The position numbers and the translations under genes were made by a program. A model generated the notes under the pieces. It did no database searches. It was given only the letters and a program-made list of their open reading frames with translations, and had not been told where the DNA came from. Positions 1-12,139 of a stretch of DNA of 64,000 nucleotides are shown in pieces. The stretch is from Octopus bimaculoides (Eukaryota), in the NCBI RefSeq assembly GCF_001194135.2, contig NC_068985.1, positions 37,088,930 to 37,152,929 of the forward strand, read 5' to 3'. The stretch's first letter is position 1. Each line of letters opens with the position of its first letter.

Positions 1-219
1 TTTACAGACATGTAAATCAGTGGGATGGCTGCCGCTCTGCTTTGATCGTTGCAAGAGATGTCTTCGCAGAATCGAGACCTTGCAGTTTTCGTTCGCCGCA
101 AAGTAATATAATTATAAATGTATCTATTAGTCCCGGGCTGCTGTGAAGATATGATGCTTAGCTTGAGTTTCATGCCGTTAAGCAAATCAAATTTTAATTG
201 CCCCTGCAAACTTCAGTAT

Positions 220-413
220 AACCCAGGTCCTCGATAGCCGGTATGATATCCCTAGTAATTTGGTACCTGCTAGCAGTTGACAGAAAGCGTTTCGAATGCC
301 ATTTACACACCAGATATGTATATTTCAACCGATTGTAAGTACCGGTAAATCCTTCGGTATTGGTAGACAACGCATCATTCATCCGCACGACCTTTCCTCA
401 TGGAAAGTCTAGG
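220..413 (-). pseudogene. Relic cadherin-like exon
   Basis: Acceptor ttcaccttctttttcAG at 414-415. Translation LDFP*GKVV..YTYLVCKWHSKRFLSTASRYQITRDIIP. The nucleotides GACTTTCCATGAGGAAAG nearly match GACTTTCCAGAAGGAAAA in the 9.2-kb exon. Confidence 0.5.
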
Positions 414-598
414 CTGAAAAAGAAGGTGAATGACGTCGTCTCCTCATACCGACACTACATCAATACCAAAAGATATCCAAGAATAATTCTACACGCATAT
501 ACATACACACATACATGCATGCATGCACACATCCATCCATCCCATGCATGCATACATACATACATACATACATACATACATACATACATACATACATA

Positions 599-2016
599 CA
601 ACCTCTCTGCATTTAATAAAATAGTGGTCCACAATGTATTTGCAGTGCCAGTACTCATATCAACACTTAGGCTGATTGATTGAACGCTTGATGAGATCCG
701 AGCCATTGATGTGAAAACCCGAAAAATACTAACAAGCACACATAATTTCCACACAAACAGTGGCGTAGACCGCCTCTACCTAAAACGAAAACAAGGCGGA
801 AGAGGCTTAACATCGATCCAAAATGCATTTGAATGTCGTATCATATCCCTTTGGCAACATCTTTTAACCACCAAGTATCGAAGTGCATCCCTTGACCAAG
901 TTTGCATACATGAGGCTGATAACATCATAAGACTTGGAAGGCAGCTCCTTGAGCAACACTCTTTGTCTGATAACCTAGAATACATACCGAAAGAAGTCGC
1001 ACAATTCTACCGCAACGTATCATCAGATGAAAAGCTGAGTCTATATGAGGAGAAGATTATGCATGGATTTGTTACTAGAAAGCTCCGTGATGGTAGTGAC
1101 ATCGATCATCAAAGCAGTTTATCATGGACCAATAGCCAGATTACTACCTTTCACTTTGAAGGGTATGCGTTTGCAATCCAGGAACAGGAAATATCAACCA
1201 AATACCTGATGCACAAAAGGGATAGAGATGTTGGAAAAGCCGTAAAATGTGACAACCGATGCAGACCTTGTGAAGTTCACACTGAAGATATCAAACACAT
1301 CATAAGCAGTTGTCCGAAAATGTCATTGCAGTATTATCTACCGATGAGACATGACGTTGTAGCTAGGAGACGCTATAATGAAATCCGTCGTAAGGATAAT
1401 CCCGAGGACAAAGAAATAAGAACATACAATATGGCAGAAGCCATAGCCACTCATAATAAAAAGGAATACTAGTGAATGTACCAATGAAGACCTTGATAAA
1501 ATGTAAACACAACATACCTGATATGATGATTTGGGATAGAGAAGAGAAATTACGCACAATTGTGGAAATTAGTTACCCAGCGGATGTTGACATAAAGCTG
1601 GAGATCAATGAAAAAGAGTAAACTTATGCTGAACTATTGAGAAATCTTCAGTTACTCTATCCAGATTACAAGTTCAAGTTTATACCTGTAATTATTGGGG
1701 TTCTGGGATATTGAACACACTGCCTAAATACCAATCTGGAGAAATTAGGTTTCTCAAAACCAGAAAGGAGAAAGCTAATTCGAAGACTACAGATCCAATC
1801 CTTCACTGGAACTGTAAAAATCTGTAGAACTTTCCAGAAATTTATCATTTAAATATATATGAGCTTGTCTAGATACTCAACTATATGCATGAGAATACAT
1901 ACGTAAAACATACATACATACATACATACCCTGTTGTTGATGTTGAAATTCCAATGAAGGCTAGAAACCGGTTCTTTCTTTATTGACAATAAATCTTGAA
2001 ATAAACTGAATAATGA
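599..2016 (+). mobile_element. 5'-truncated non-LTR retrotransposon with restriction-like endonuclease (R4/Dong-like), decayed
   Basis: One frame from 599 gives NLSAFNKIVVHNVFAVPVL..ID*(W) and RLYLKRKQGGRGL (RT C-terminus), CRPCEVHTEDIKHIISSC (CCHC) and RHDVVA. After a stop plus -1 frameshift at about 1470 it gives PDMMIWD..TIVEISYP (PD..E nuclease) and ends at TAA 1850-1852. The 3' UTR runs to 2016. (CATA)n lies on both sides. Confidence 0.9.
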
Positions 2017-2053
2017 CATACATACATACATACATACATACATAATACATAAA

Positions 2054-2143
2054 TACCCTGTTGTTGATGTTGAAATTCCAATGAAGGCTAGAAACCGGTT
2101 CTTTCTTTATTGACAATAAATCTTGAAATAAACTGAATAATGA
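2054..2143 (+). mobile_element. Second identical copy of the 90-bp LINE 3' terminus
   Basis: 2054-2143 is identical to 1927-2016 (offset 127). Each copy is followed by (CATA)n. Confidence 0.85.
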
Positions 2144-2927
2144 CATTCATACATACATACATACATACGCACTCACAAGCATTGAAATATTGCACATGTA
2201 CACAAACATACGAATTTCTTTAAAGGCTTATCTCGGAGGACTCTGTCATAGCCCGTGAAATTTTTCAGGGCATTCATGATTTGAGAGATAGGAAGATATG
2301 AGCTTACCGGAGATCTGTTGGTAACAGAGTAAACTCTACTCAACGTGACTCAATGTGAGACAATGTGACTCAAACGACCTCTATCTGAGTTTAATTATTA
2401 TTATAAAAACATTTTCAAACTTTCTTTATTAGTTTTATAGGTTTAATGTAGAACAATAGCCTAATGTTTCAAAGCTTACTCGGTCTCATCTTCTGAACAA
2501 AATGATGATAGTGGTTCATTGTTGGTGGTTTGTAATAAGCAGTAAGAGCTCATGGGAATGAAGATGTAATTGATAACATCACCATTGCCAGGCATTTAAT
2601 CAGTTAAGTCTTAGTTACTTTCATATGTTATTTTATGTGAACCGCACCTGAGTGTTGATACATTTTATCATTTTATCATTTCATATCACTTTACGTGATA
2701 TCTATACAATGTTATTATGTATATAGTCTTTATTCAACACTATTCAAAAGGAAAAAAATATCTTGAGTAAGTTGGGAAACTTTCACACTTGTGTTTTACT
2801 ATGTACTAATTAATGCACCATTTCCAACACAATGGAAAACACACAGACACAGACACACACACACACAAATACACACACACACACACACACACATACACGC
2901 ACGCACACACACACACATATACACACA

Positions 2928-3114
2928 CCACTGTTTGACAACCGGTATTTGTGTGTTTACTTCCACGTAACCTAGCGGTTCGGCAAAACAGATAAATAAA
3001 ATAAGTACAACACTTAAAATAAAAGTAAGTACTAGGATCGATCCATTCGAAAAAAAATTCCTCAAGGCGGTGCCTCAGAATGGCCGCAGTCAAAATGATT
3101 GAAACAAGTGAATA
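2928..3114 (+). mobile_element. SINE family A, 3' half
   Basis: Matches 22600-22783 and starts at a (CA)n tract. Confidence 0.8.
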
Positions 3115-3127
3115 TTAAAAAATGTGT

Positions 3128-3490
3128 ACACATATCTTCCATGTGACCGGTGTCCGGCCGGCCATGATCTTTCTTTCTTAGCCTAACTGCCGACTGTCAA
3201 CACCTCTTGTGTCTATCTCCCATGTTCCTGACTTTAGGCTTTCACTTCATACACGCCAGCTCAATTCGATTCGTTCTCAGTCGAAAGACCCTCTTGTTAT
3301 TTCTTGTTGTTTGTATTCGTAATTGTCTACCATGTTCTCCGTTTATTTTTTTTGTTTATTTGTTTTTTGCCTTTGCTGTTGTACACATTAGCTAGCTTTC
3401 TTACAAAGGGGTCTAATGCTCTTAGGTTAGACTTTGGGGGCAACCAGATTGAGCCATCTCAAGTGTAACTGTCCGAAATGGTCGTGGCTT
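3128..3490 (+). mobile_element. Second copy of the Penelope-like 3' region (family G)
   Basis: Aligns by eye over about 350 bp with 50720-51100. Ends at an N gap. Confidence 0.8.
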
Positions 3491-4374
3491 NNNNNNNNNN
3501 NNNNNNNNNNNNNNNNNNNNNNNNNNNNNNNNNNNNNNNNNNNNNNNNNNNNNNNNNNNNNNNNNNNNNNNNNNNNNNNNNNNNNNNNNNNNNNNNNNNN
3601 NNNNNNNNNNNNNNNNNNNNNNNNNNNNNNNNNNNNNNNNNNNNNNNNNNNNNNNNNNNNNNNNNNNNNNNNNNNNNNNNNNNNNNNNNNNNNNNNNNNN
3701 NNNNNNNNNNNNNNNNNNNNNNNNNNNNNNNNNNNATATATATATATATATAATGTATATATGTATATGTACATACATACATACACACATACACACGCGT
3801 GCATGTCTGCTAGTAGGACCGTTGTCACTGCTGATGTTTGCGGCAATACTGATACCCGTAGTGTGTGACTGCTGATTGTAGTTAGCGGCAGATCTGCCGT
3901 TTTCTTGATACCTTTCATATACTGATTACCTACCACGTAGGGAGCCGTTTTAAAGATAGTAATTATCGTCTATAGAGCAAATGGGTCTACAGAAGCCACA
4001 CACGATACTGAAAATACATGTTTCTCTTACTTTATCTTTCTCTGTATATGTATGTGAGTCACAGCAACGATGACGTTCCTCTCGCTTCTCTATATATTGT
4101 GTTTTTAATACAAATCTATAGAGAGATTTTATCTCAGATAATTCTAGAGCCTCATACTTTCTAACGGTGTATATACATAAGTACGAGATCGAAATTTGAG
4201 GTGATGACAATTAAATTTAATTGAGGTGATGGTGTAGACAATTAAATCCACCCGATCACTTAGATGTTAAAATTTTTCACTGATTCCTGAAGAATAAAAG
4301 GCAATGTTTTCAGTGGTGGGATTTAAAGTAAGAACGGAAAATGATGTGAAATATAAGGAATTGTAACCGTTGAT

Positions 4375-4548
4375 CTTTTACTCTTTTACTTGTTTCAGTC
4401 ATTTGACTGCGGCAATCGAACCCCAGGAATTATTCTTTGAAAGCCTAATATTTATCCTATCAATTCTTTTGCCGAACCGCTAAGTTACGGGAACGTAAAC
4501 ACACCAACATCGATTGTCAAACGTTGGTTGGAGGACAAACACACAAAT

Positions 4549-4621
<73 letters not shown>

Positions 4622-4785
4622 AACGACGGGCTTCTTTCAGTTTCTGTCTACCAAATCCAATCACAAGGCTTTGGTCGGCCCGAGTCTATAGTATAAGACA
4701 CTTGCCCAAGATGCCACATAGTGGGACTGAACCCGGAACCATATGGTGTGGTTGGGAAGCAAGCTTCTTACCAGACAGCCACGCC
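4375..4785 (-). mobile_element. SINE family A
   Basis: Reverse complement of the 22299 copy, with internal (CA)n(TA)n and a deletion. Confidence 0.85.
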
Positions 4786-4864
4786 CGATGATGATAAAAA
4801 TTAAAGTGCAAAGATCTGAAGCCTATCGTTAATACAATGTTTCATTCTTTGCATGAGATATTGA

Positions 4865-5112
4865 TGTTGTTAATGTTGTTGTTTAGATTCTGGTCAGCCC
4901 TGATTGAGTAAACATCTCATCATAGTTGTTCAGGCCATAGCCATCTGTCTTTTTTCTGCTTTTTTTTCTGCTTTTTTTTCTGTTACTTTTAGAAATACTT
5001 CAATGTAGACCACACAAACCAATGCATTCTTATTTGGTAAGGTAAGGTGTGGTTTAAGGGGGATTTTACTGCTATTTCTAGCAAGTTGCATAATCTTTTA
5101 GAGGCTCCCTCT
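4865..5112. repeat. Interspersed repeat family F
   Basis: Shares the GCTATTTCTAGCA..TAGAGGCTCCC-type block with 14320-14412 and with 20141-20342 (inverted). Confidence 0.55.
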
Positions 5113-5142
5113 TTCATTCGACATGAACTGATTTCCTTTTCA

Positions 5143-5489
5143 ATGTGTTTTTAACATCCTAAAATGGGAAAGGTGGAATTCTGAGTGAAAACATTTAGTC
5201 GACTGAATCAATCTCGGTACGTTATTGTTAATATTAACATAGCCAACATTATGTTCAACATGATCCTGATCGTTACATATTATTACATATCCATTGAATG
5301 TCATCATTACATGATTATTATATATGGATCGAACAACATCATTTATTTGTGTATTCATTCAGAGTATGATAAACACGATATGCCCACGAGAGGCTCTTGT
5401 GATCCAGTACTTAATAATAATAGCTTTTCCCATTTTCGCGGAAATTTTGATACGCAGTTATGTCGTTAGATGCACAAAGATACTTAAAG
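5143..5489 (-). pseudogene. Relic cadherin-like exon
   Basis: Phase-1 acceptor aattcAG at 5490-5491, compatible with the donor at 5701. Contains GYVIICNDQD..GYVNINNNVPRL (DxNDNxP-like). Two in-frame stops. Confidence 0.45.
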
Positions 5490-5701
5490 CTGAATTTATT
5501 CTCACAAGTTATAATAAAAGGCAAGCAATGGATTTTAATCTAAAGAAATTTTAAGTAGTGCATCAAATCTACTATAGGGTCCTTTCAGTTTTTGGTGACC
5601 TTTTTGGTGTTTGTATGAAAATAATTAGAGACATTCCCCACCCCATTTTACTGCTATTTCATTCGATAGAAATGAAACCGGGATATATAATAGTATCTCA
5701 C

Positions 5702-5955
5702 AGTGAGAGATAAATTTTGATAACGAGAAATATACTTTCGTACAATATACAAAGTATATTACTTGAGCAGATTGATAACCGATATGCGCAAGATAGAATC
5801 TATTTGGTGTTATTAACGATCCCGTATATTCTTCTTCGTTCGAAAAGTTGTGAAGCTGATGAGACATGTGTCGTGTGATGTTCGTCAGAGATATAGTATC
5901 GGACTTTAACACACCTTTCAAACGACATAATAGATATATCTGCCACCAAAGTTCA
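5702..5955 (-). pseudogene. Relic cadherin-like exon
   Basis: Lies within ORF 5625-5981: SDTISLTNI..NFSNEEEYTGSLIT..IYFVYCT. Acceptor tttatgcAG, donor GTGAGA at 5701, 212-nt intron to the next segment. Confidence 0.5.
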
Positions 5956-6370
5956 CTGCATAAACGTAAACCAACATACATAGTAATAATAATACTAATA
6001 AATACACATATTCACCAAAATTCTCAAGTCACGAACTAACAGAAAATTTGGCTTTACCACAAGCCGTCGTGTGTGTCTGTCCTACCACGGCTACCACTCC
6101 CACCATACACCAAAACTACACAGCACAATTAAATAGTATCACGCACACGCGTGATTGAATACATACATATAATGCAATTATACAGTAATTCAAGCCAAAA
6201 GCAAACACACCCATCATCCAGTTTACCCACCAACATCATGATCATGATTATGATCATCGTTATCATCATCATCACCAGACACATAGATACATTTAAGCAT
6301 CACCCTCACCAAACGTAATCATACAAATATACCCAACAATGTTAGTAGACACCATCGCTGTCTACGTTAC

Positions 6371-6633
6371 ACGGCAAACGACGCTCAGATAAAACTTTCG
6401 TTCAAGACCATTTAATGTGTACATGACATGAAGAAGATGTCTAAATGCTCATAGCAGACATTGGAGATATTTCCCATCTGGAAACTGATCTTAATTAAGA
6501 TCTTTAAATTTTTGCTGTTAATTGTAAAAGAAGAATTGTTTCAGCTGCAGACCATAGTTGAACCTCGCTGATAAACTTCTAGTCGGGAATCAAACATTAT
6601 TTTAAATTGATTTAATTTCATATTATCCTTTAG
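6371..6633 (-). pseudogene. Relic cadherin-like exon
   Basis: Strong acceptor ttattttccactgactgaccttcAG. One frame with stops gives ..NNSSFTINSKNLKILIK..YEHLDIFFMSCTH. Confidence 0.45.
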
Positions 6634-7160
6634 CTGAAGGTCAGTCAGTGGAAAATAATATATAAAAGCTTACTATTGTCTGTTGTTTATCGCTAGATTT
6701 AGAACAAAGCTAATTTTAGTAAATAGTTCTATTCAAGAGCGACCGAGAGTAGAAGGCCCGAGAAGAAATGGCCATTTAATAGTATCTTAAACTAATTAAA
6801 CATACACCAATCTAACCATAAATACGGAGTCTGCTAGAATTTCTGATATGATGGATAATAGATTTGTTATACAGACAATGACACACAACAGCAAAAGATA
6901 TGCTCTGGCACGTGCGAATCTATTTCTAGAATTTTACTTAGCAGTTTATGGTAAGTATTCAGCTAAGTTCATACACAACGATTAGGCATAAACAGAGACA
7001 TATGTACATACGTCAAAATAACTAACAAGCGATCAGCTATTGGAGAAAGCAAGCTTCTATAGGAATGAAATGTTTTTTTTTTATAAAAAAAGAAGAAAAA
7101 CAGTAATATAATAAATATAAAATATAACGTATGTCATTGCATAATACAAGTTTCTTTCAA

Positions 7161-7191
<31 letters not shown>

Positions 7192-7717
7192 ATTAATAAA
7201 TAAATTTCTATGAATCTAAGCATCTTCATAAATCTTGCAAAACGAACAAAATTAAACATATCATATTCCATATTGACGAGTGTGACCAGTAATAAGATAC
7301 AGGTATTAAATATTTTAAAATTAACGATAAATATTTTGCTGTATCACGAGAGTCATTTTACCGATAATTAACACACGAAATAACTCTATTCATTTCTTTT
7401 ATTATAATTATTATCAGTCAGTTCATTAATATTTAGCCACTTAACTAATCGAGTTAGTTGGTTAAATGTTAACAAATCGACTATCTATGAGATACAATTC
7501 GCAATCTATGATATGAGTCAGTATATAAAAATATTTATGGTATCTAACGATAGAAGACAACGCGAAAGCCAGGGTACATTTCTGCGAATGTACATGCGAC
7601 CATGCTTACAATCATGCTTTGACACCGTCTGCAGGAATTTGGTGGTTCATGTTGACCCACGCAATCAATTTAGCCAGGTATTTATTCCACCAATTTCAAT
7701 TTACCGACCAGTTTAAT

Positions 7718-7855
7718 ATTAGTTCAAATTTTGGCACAAGGCCCACAATTGTGGCGGAGATAGCAAGTCGATTACATTACCCCCGGCCCCAGTGCTCGAC
7801 TGGTACTTATCTTAGCGATCCCGAAGGATAAAAGGCGAGGTCGACCTCGGTAAAA
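7718..7855 (-). mobile_element. SINE family B2 fragment
   Basis: TTCAAATTTTGGCACAAGGCC..CTGGTACTTAT..GGTCGACCTCGG. Confidence 0.75.
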
Positions 7856-7893
7856 CGACCAGTTTGATATTGAAAACATTCAAATACACACAC

Positions 7894-7985
<92 letters not shown>

Positions 7986-7987
<2 letters not shown>

Positions 7988-8033
7988 TGCTCCAGCATGT
8001 CCCGCAGTCAAATAACTGAAACAAGTAAAAGAA
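7986..8033 (+). mobile_element. SINE family A tail fragment
   Basis: GGTGCTCCAGCATG..CTGAAACAAGTAAAAGA directly after (TA)n(TG)n. Confidence 0.75.
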
Positions 8034-8254
8034 TATATGTGTATGTGCTTGGGTGGGTTTTTTGTGTATGTATGGGTATGTGTGTGCATGTGTATACAGA
8101 CACAAACACACGTATATAATATATTGGCTGGAGTTTATCTCGGTATCCGAAGTATAGGAGCAACTGAGATTACAAGGTTTCCTTCCAGGACGAGTCTTTA
8201 GTTAGTGGTTGTGCTCACAAGGAACGTGATGTACGTTACTCATGGATACGAAGT

Positions 8255-8324
8255 GCTGCCTAGTTGAACTCACAACCTTAGCATTGTGAGCCTAACGCCC
8301 TAACGACTAAGCCACGCATCTTCA
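8255..8324 (-). mobile_element. Probable family D-like SINE head fragment
   Basis: Minus strand reads GCGTGGCTTAGTCGTTAGGGCG..TGTGAGTTCAA. Confidence 0.45.
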
Positions 8325-9048
8325 CACATAAACGCACTTGTGTGCGTGTGTGTGTGTGTGTGTGTATGTATATATAACTGTGTATTTGGGTGTGTATGCG
8401 TGTACGGGGGCGTATTTGTATGAGTATAACGTTCGTGTGTATATGTGTGTTTGTACTTGAACAAACCTGAATGTTACACTTAGACTTGCACGCGCACACA
8501 TACGCACCGAGTATGTATATCTCTATACTTATATATATATAAAAGATACTTATCGGCACATATTCGTATAGTCTAAGACACACGCAGAATATGTCCTAAA
8601 TTGTAGGTAATCTCGTTTCAAGATCTTCATACTTGGATGATATTGCCTAAAAATATAGTAAATGATCTTGATAAGATGGAGGGTGACCCTTTTTGGATTT
8701 TAATTGGGTTATCCTCTCACACAAGTGTATCCCTATTTCATTTGTCAGATAATCTGATAAAGGAATCGCTGGTCCTTAAGTTCTTATTTTATTTGAGTTG
8801 TTGTGCGTGTACCTGATAAGCGTTTGATTCTATCGCATATAACTTTTCACAGCAAACGTAAAGTTTCTTTTGTTAGGTGTTAGGAGAAAAAAAAATTGAA
8901 AACGAAAAGAATAAATGAATAAAGATTTAGACGTGTCTTTTGAAACGTGAATCTTTCGCTTAATTGGAGATCACGCATACTTCTCTATCGCTCCCTCTTC
9001 TTCCTCCTCTCTCGCCGTCACTTGAGGCCTTGTAATAAATATCGTTAC

Positions 9049-9255
9049 CGAATCATTTAGAGACACGTCAAAAGGATGTGAGACTTGTATCTTTAGTGTC
9101 CCACAGGGTTAGTATCAGGGATAGTATCCAGCACCAATCACTGGAGCGTGAAGATGACGAACAACATTTTTCCTTCTGGAAAGTCTTCTACTATGATATA
9201 TTGCATGTTATTTTCAGGGATGAACTTGTGCTTAATATCCTGTTGAATTACATGT
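9049..9255 (-). pseudogene. Relic cadherin-like exon
   Basis: Acceptor (t)11cctgaaAG, donor GTAACG. Translation KFIPENNMQYIIVEDFPEGKMLFVIFT (E..P.G motif), then a stop. Confidence 0.5.
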
Positions 9256-9543
9256 CTTTCAGGAAAAAAAAAAACATTTTCGGAAGTGTAATATCAAGTC
9301 AGTATAAGTCAGAATAACAAATATTCATGACAAGAAAACATAAGAATTTGGATGCAGTTTATTCGACCGCAACGTTTTCTTCAAGGAAAATATGACAGCA
9401 TTTTTAGCTTTAGTTTTTTTTTTTTCTTCTAAATAATAAAGAATGAAATACAATTTTCCTGCCCTTGTCAAAAAACAGTGAAAGTAAAATTATAGTTTGA
9501 AAATCCGGTGTTCGTCATTGAGGCAATATTTAATTAAAATTGT

Positions 9544-9602
9544 CATCTTGACTGGGCTGTTAATCAACAGTCTAGTGTTGATTAACAGCCCAGTCAAGAT
9601 GC
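9544..9602. repeat. Perfect inverted repeat: 26-bp arms, 7-nt loop
   Basis: CATCTTGACTGGGCTGTTAATCAACA-gttctag-TGTTGATTAACAGCCCAGTCAAGATG. Confidence 0.97.
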
Positions 9603-10102
9603 TATTTTCTTCATCTTTTCCTCTTGTATTTGCACACATCTACAAAATGACTTTCTGAAATGAACTTCCATTATGCAGCTAAGGAGTACATTTTCATTGC
9701 ACATCTTATGTGGTGTTCTCACTACATAAGTAAATGAAGTTTGTACGAAACTTACGTACTGCTATAATCTAATGTATTTTTGTTGGTTTTCTTCAAATTT
9801 TATTCACCAAATCTCTTGATTTTGTTTTTGGTTTTTAGCCTACCAAATTCTGGTGCCTCAAACATTTTAAGTACCACATTTAATCTTTTGATTAAATCTA
9901 TANNNNNNNNNNNNNNNNNNNNNNNNNNNNNNNNNNNNNNNNNNNNNNNNNNNNNNNNNNNNNNNNNNNNNNNNNNNNNNNNNNNNNNNNNNNNNNNNNN
10001 NNNNNNNNNNNNNNNNNNNNNNNNNNNNNNNNNNNNNNNNNNNNNNNNNNNNNNNNNNNNNNNNNNNNNNNNNNNNNNTATATATATATACATTATATAT
10101 AT

Positions 10103-10147
<45 letters not shown>

Positions 10148-10315
10148 CACTACCTTGCAATTCATTAGATATGGACTGATTGCTGAGTCCGTATCAAGAG
10201 CTTATTATGATTGCTGCATAAGTCTTTGAATCCACATCTCATTCTTATTTATATATACGTATATATTATACGCACGCACGCACACACACGCACACACACA
10301 CACACGCATACATAC

Positions 10316-10369
<54 letters not shown>

Positions 10370-11669
10370 CTATACATACATATATACACAGACACATACA
10401 GATACATATAGCAACGTATCGTATTTCATATTATATATTGGAGCCATTCTTTGTTTCAAAAGATTCTCAAATTGTTCACTTGTTAGAAATGCTAGATAAA
10501 TCATACAATGATTTATTGAAAGAGGAGCAGTAAAATTATTGTAATCCAAGATATACTGTAAAGATAGTATGATACTGTTGTAACACTTTCAGTCATACGC
10601 GCAATTTACACTTTTGAGCTGTAATTATATTATAATGTTCTAAAATCAACTCTGTTGACGATAGTAATACTGACAAATATAGGAAATCTATTAGCCGAGT
10701 GAGACATTTCTGTGTTATTACAACACATCAATAAAATAGAAAAGAAACAAGTTTTACGCATTTCAAACAAAATACATTAATAATGTATGATAAATACTGT
10801 AACATCATTGTGTTAGTAAAACCATTATCACCTCCTCCAAAATCCCTTTGCCAGACAGTCATTCACATATAATATATATAATATATATCATATGTACTTA
10901 TATACAATCCAATTTGTATTAAGGTGTCATATATATATAAAACACACACATACATACACATCAGTAACTATATATAAGTATTTGTGTATATATATATATA
11001 TATATATATNNNNNNNNNNNNNNNNNNNNNNNNNNNNNNNNNNNNNNNNNNNNNNNNNNNNNNNNNNNNNNNNNNNNNNNNNNNNNNNNNNNNNNNNNNN
11101 NNNNNNNNNNNNNNNNNNNNNNNNNNNNNNNNNNNNNNNNNNNNNNNNNNNNNNNNNNNNNNNNNNNNNNNNNNNNNNNNNNNNNNNNNNNNNNNNNNNN
11201 NNNNNNNNNNNNNNNNNNNNNNNNNNNNNNNNNNNNNNNNNNNNNNNNNNNNNNNNNNNNNNNNNNNNNNNNNNNNNNNNNNNNNNNNNNNNNNNNNNNN
11301 NNNNNNNNNNNNNNNNNNNNNNNNNNNNNNNNNNNNNNNNNNNNNNNNNNNNNNNNNNNNNNNNNNNNNNNNNNNNNNNNNNNNNNNNNNNNNNNNNNNN
11401 NNNNNNNNNNNNNNNNNNNNNNNNNNNNNNNNNNNNNNNNNNNNNNNNNNNNNNNNNNNNNNNNNNNNNNNNNNNNNNNNNNNNNNNNNNNNNNNNNNNN
11501 NNNNNNNNNNNNNNNNNNNNNNNNNNNNNNNNNNNNNNNNNNNNNNNNNNNNNNNNNNNNNNNNNNNNNNNNNNNNNNNNNNNNNNNNNNNNNNNNNNNN
11601 NNNNNNNNNNNNNNNNNNNNNNNNNNNNNNNNNNNNNNNNNNNNNNNNNNNNNNNNNNNNNNNNNNNNN

Positions 11670-11739
<70 letters not shown>

Positions 11740-12084
11740 TATATATAAAATGCTTCTTTTTTATACGTTCTATTACACACGCACACACAGATATTCAGAT
11801 GCAAATATATATACACACAGACATACACTTGCAAACACACATGCAGACATGCACAAACAAAAAAAATGAGATAATGAGAAAATGAGATAAACAGATATGC
11901 AAGCAAAAAGTTAGATACGTAAAGAGGCTTTACACCGACGCATATATGTATGTATGTATGTATGCATGTATGTATGTATGTATGCATGTATGCATGTATG
12001 AATGAATGTATGTATTTGTGTTTATGCATGTATGTGTTCATGTATGTATGAGTGTATCCGTTGCACATACATCCATCCATCCAT

Positions 12085-12139
<55 letters not shown>

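Noticed and set aside
194-388. MULE transposase (VCKWH motif)
   Set aside because: Only a 4-residue resemblance; the acceptor and the DFP*GK match fit the cadherin-like series better.
5143-5489. Idea that A-to-I editing rescues the locus (N to D in NINNN, stops to Trp)
   Set aside because: Frameshifts, and stops at positions where Trp is not expected, cannot be fixed by editing. Ordinary decay is simpler.
10458-10526. Plus-strand mini-exon DSQIVHLLEMLDKSYNDLLKEE
   Set aside because: Weak donor, no partner exon and no homology I recognise.
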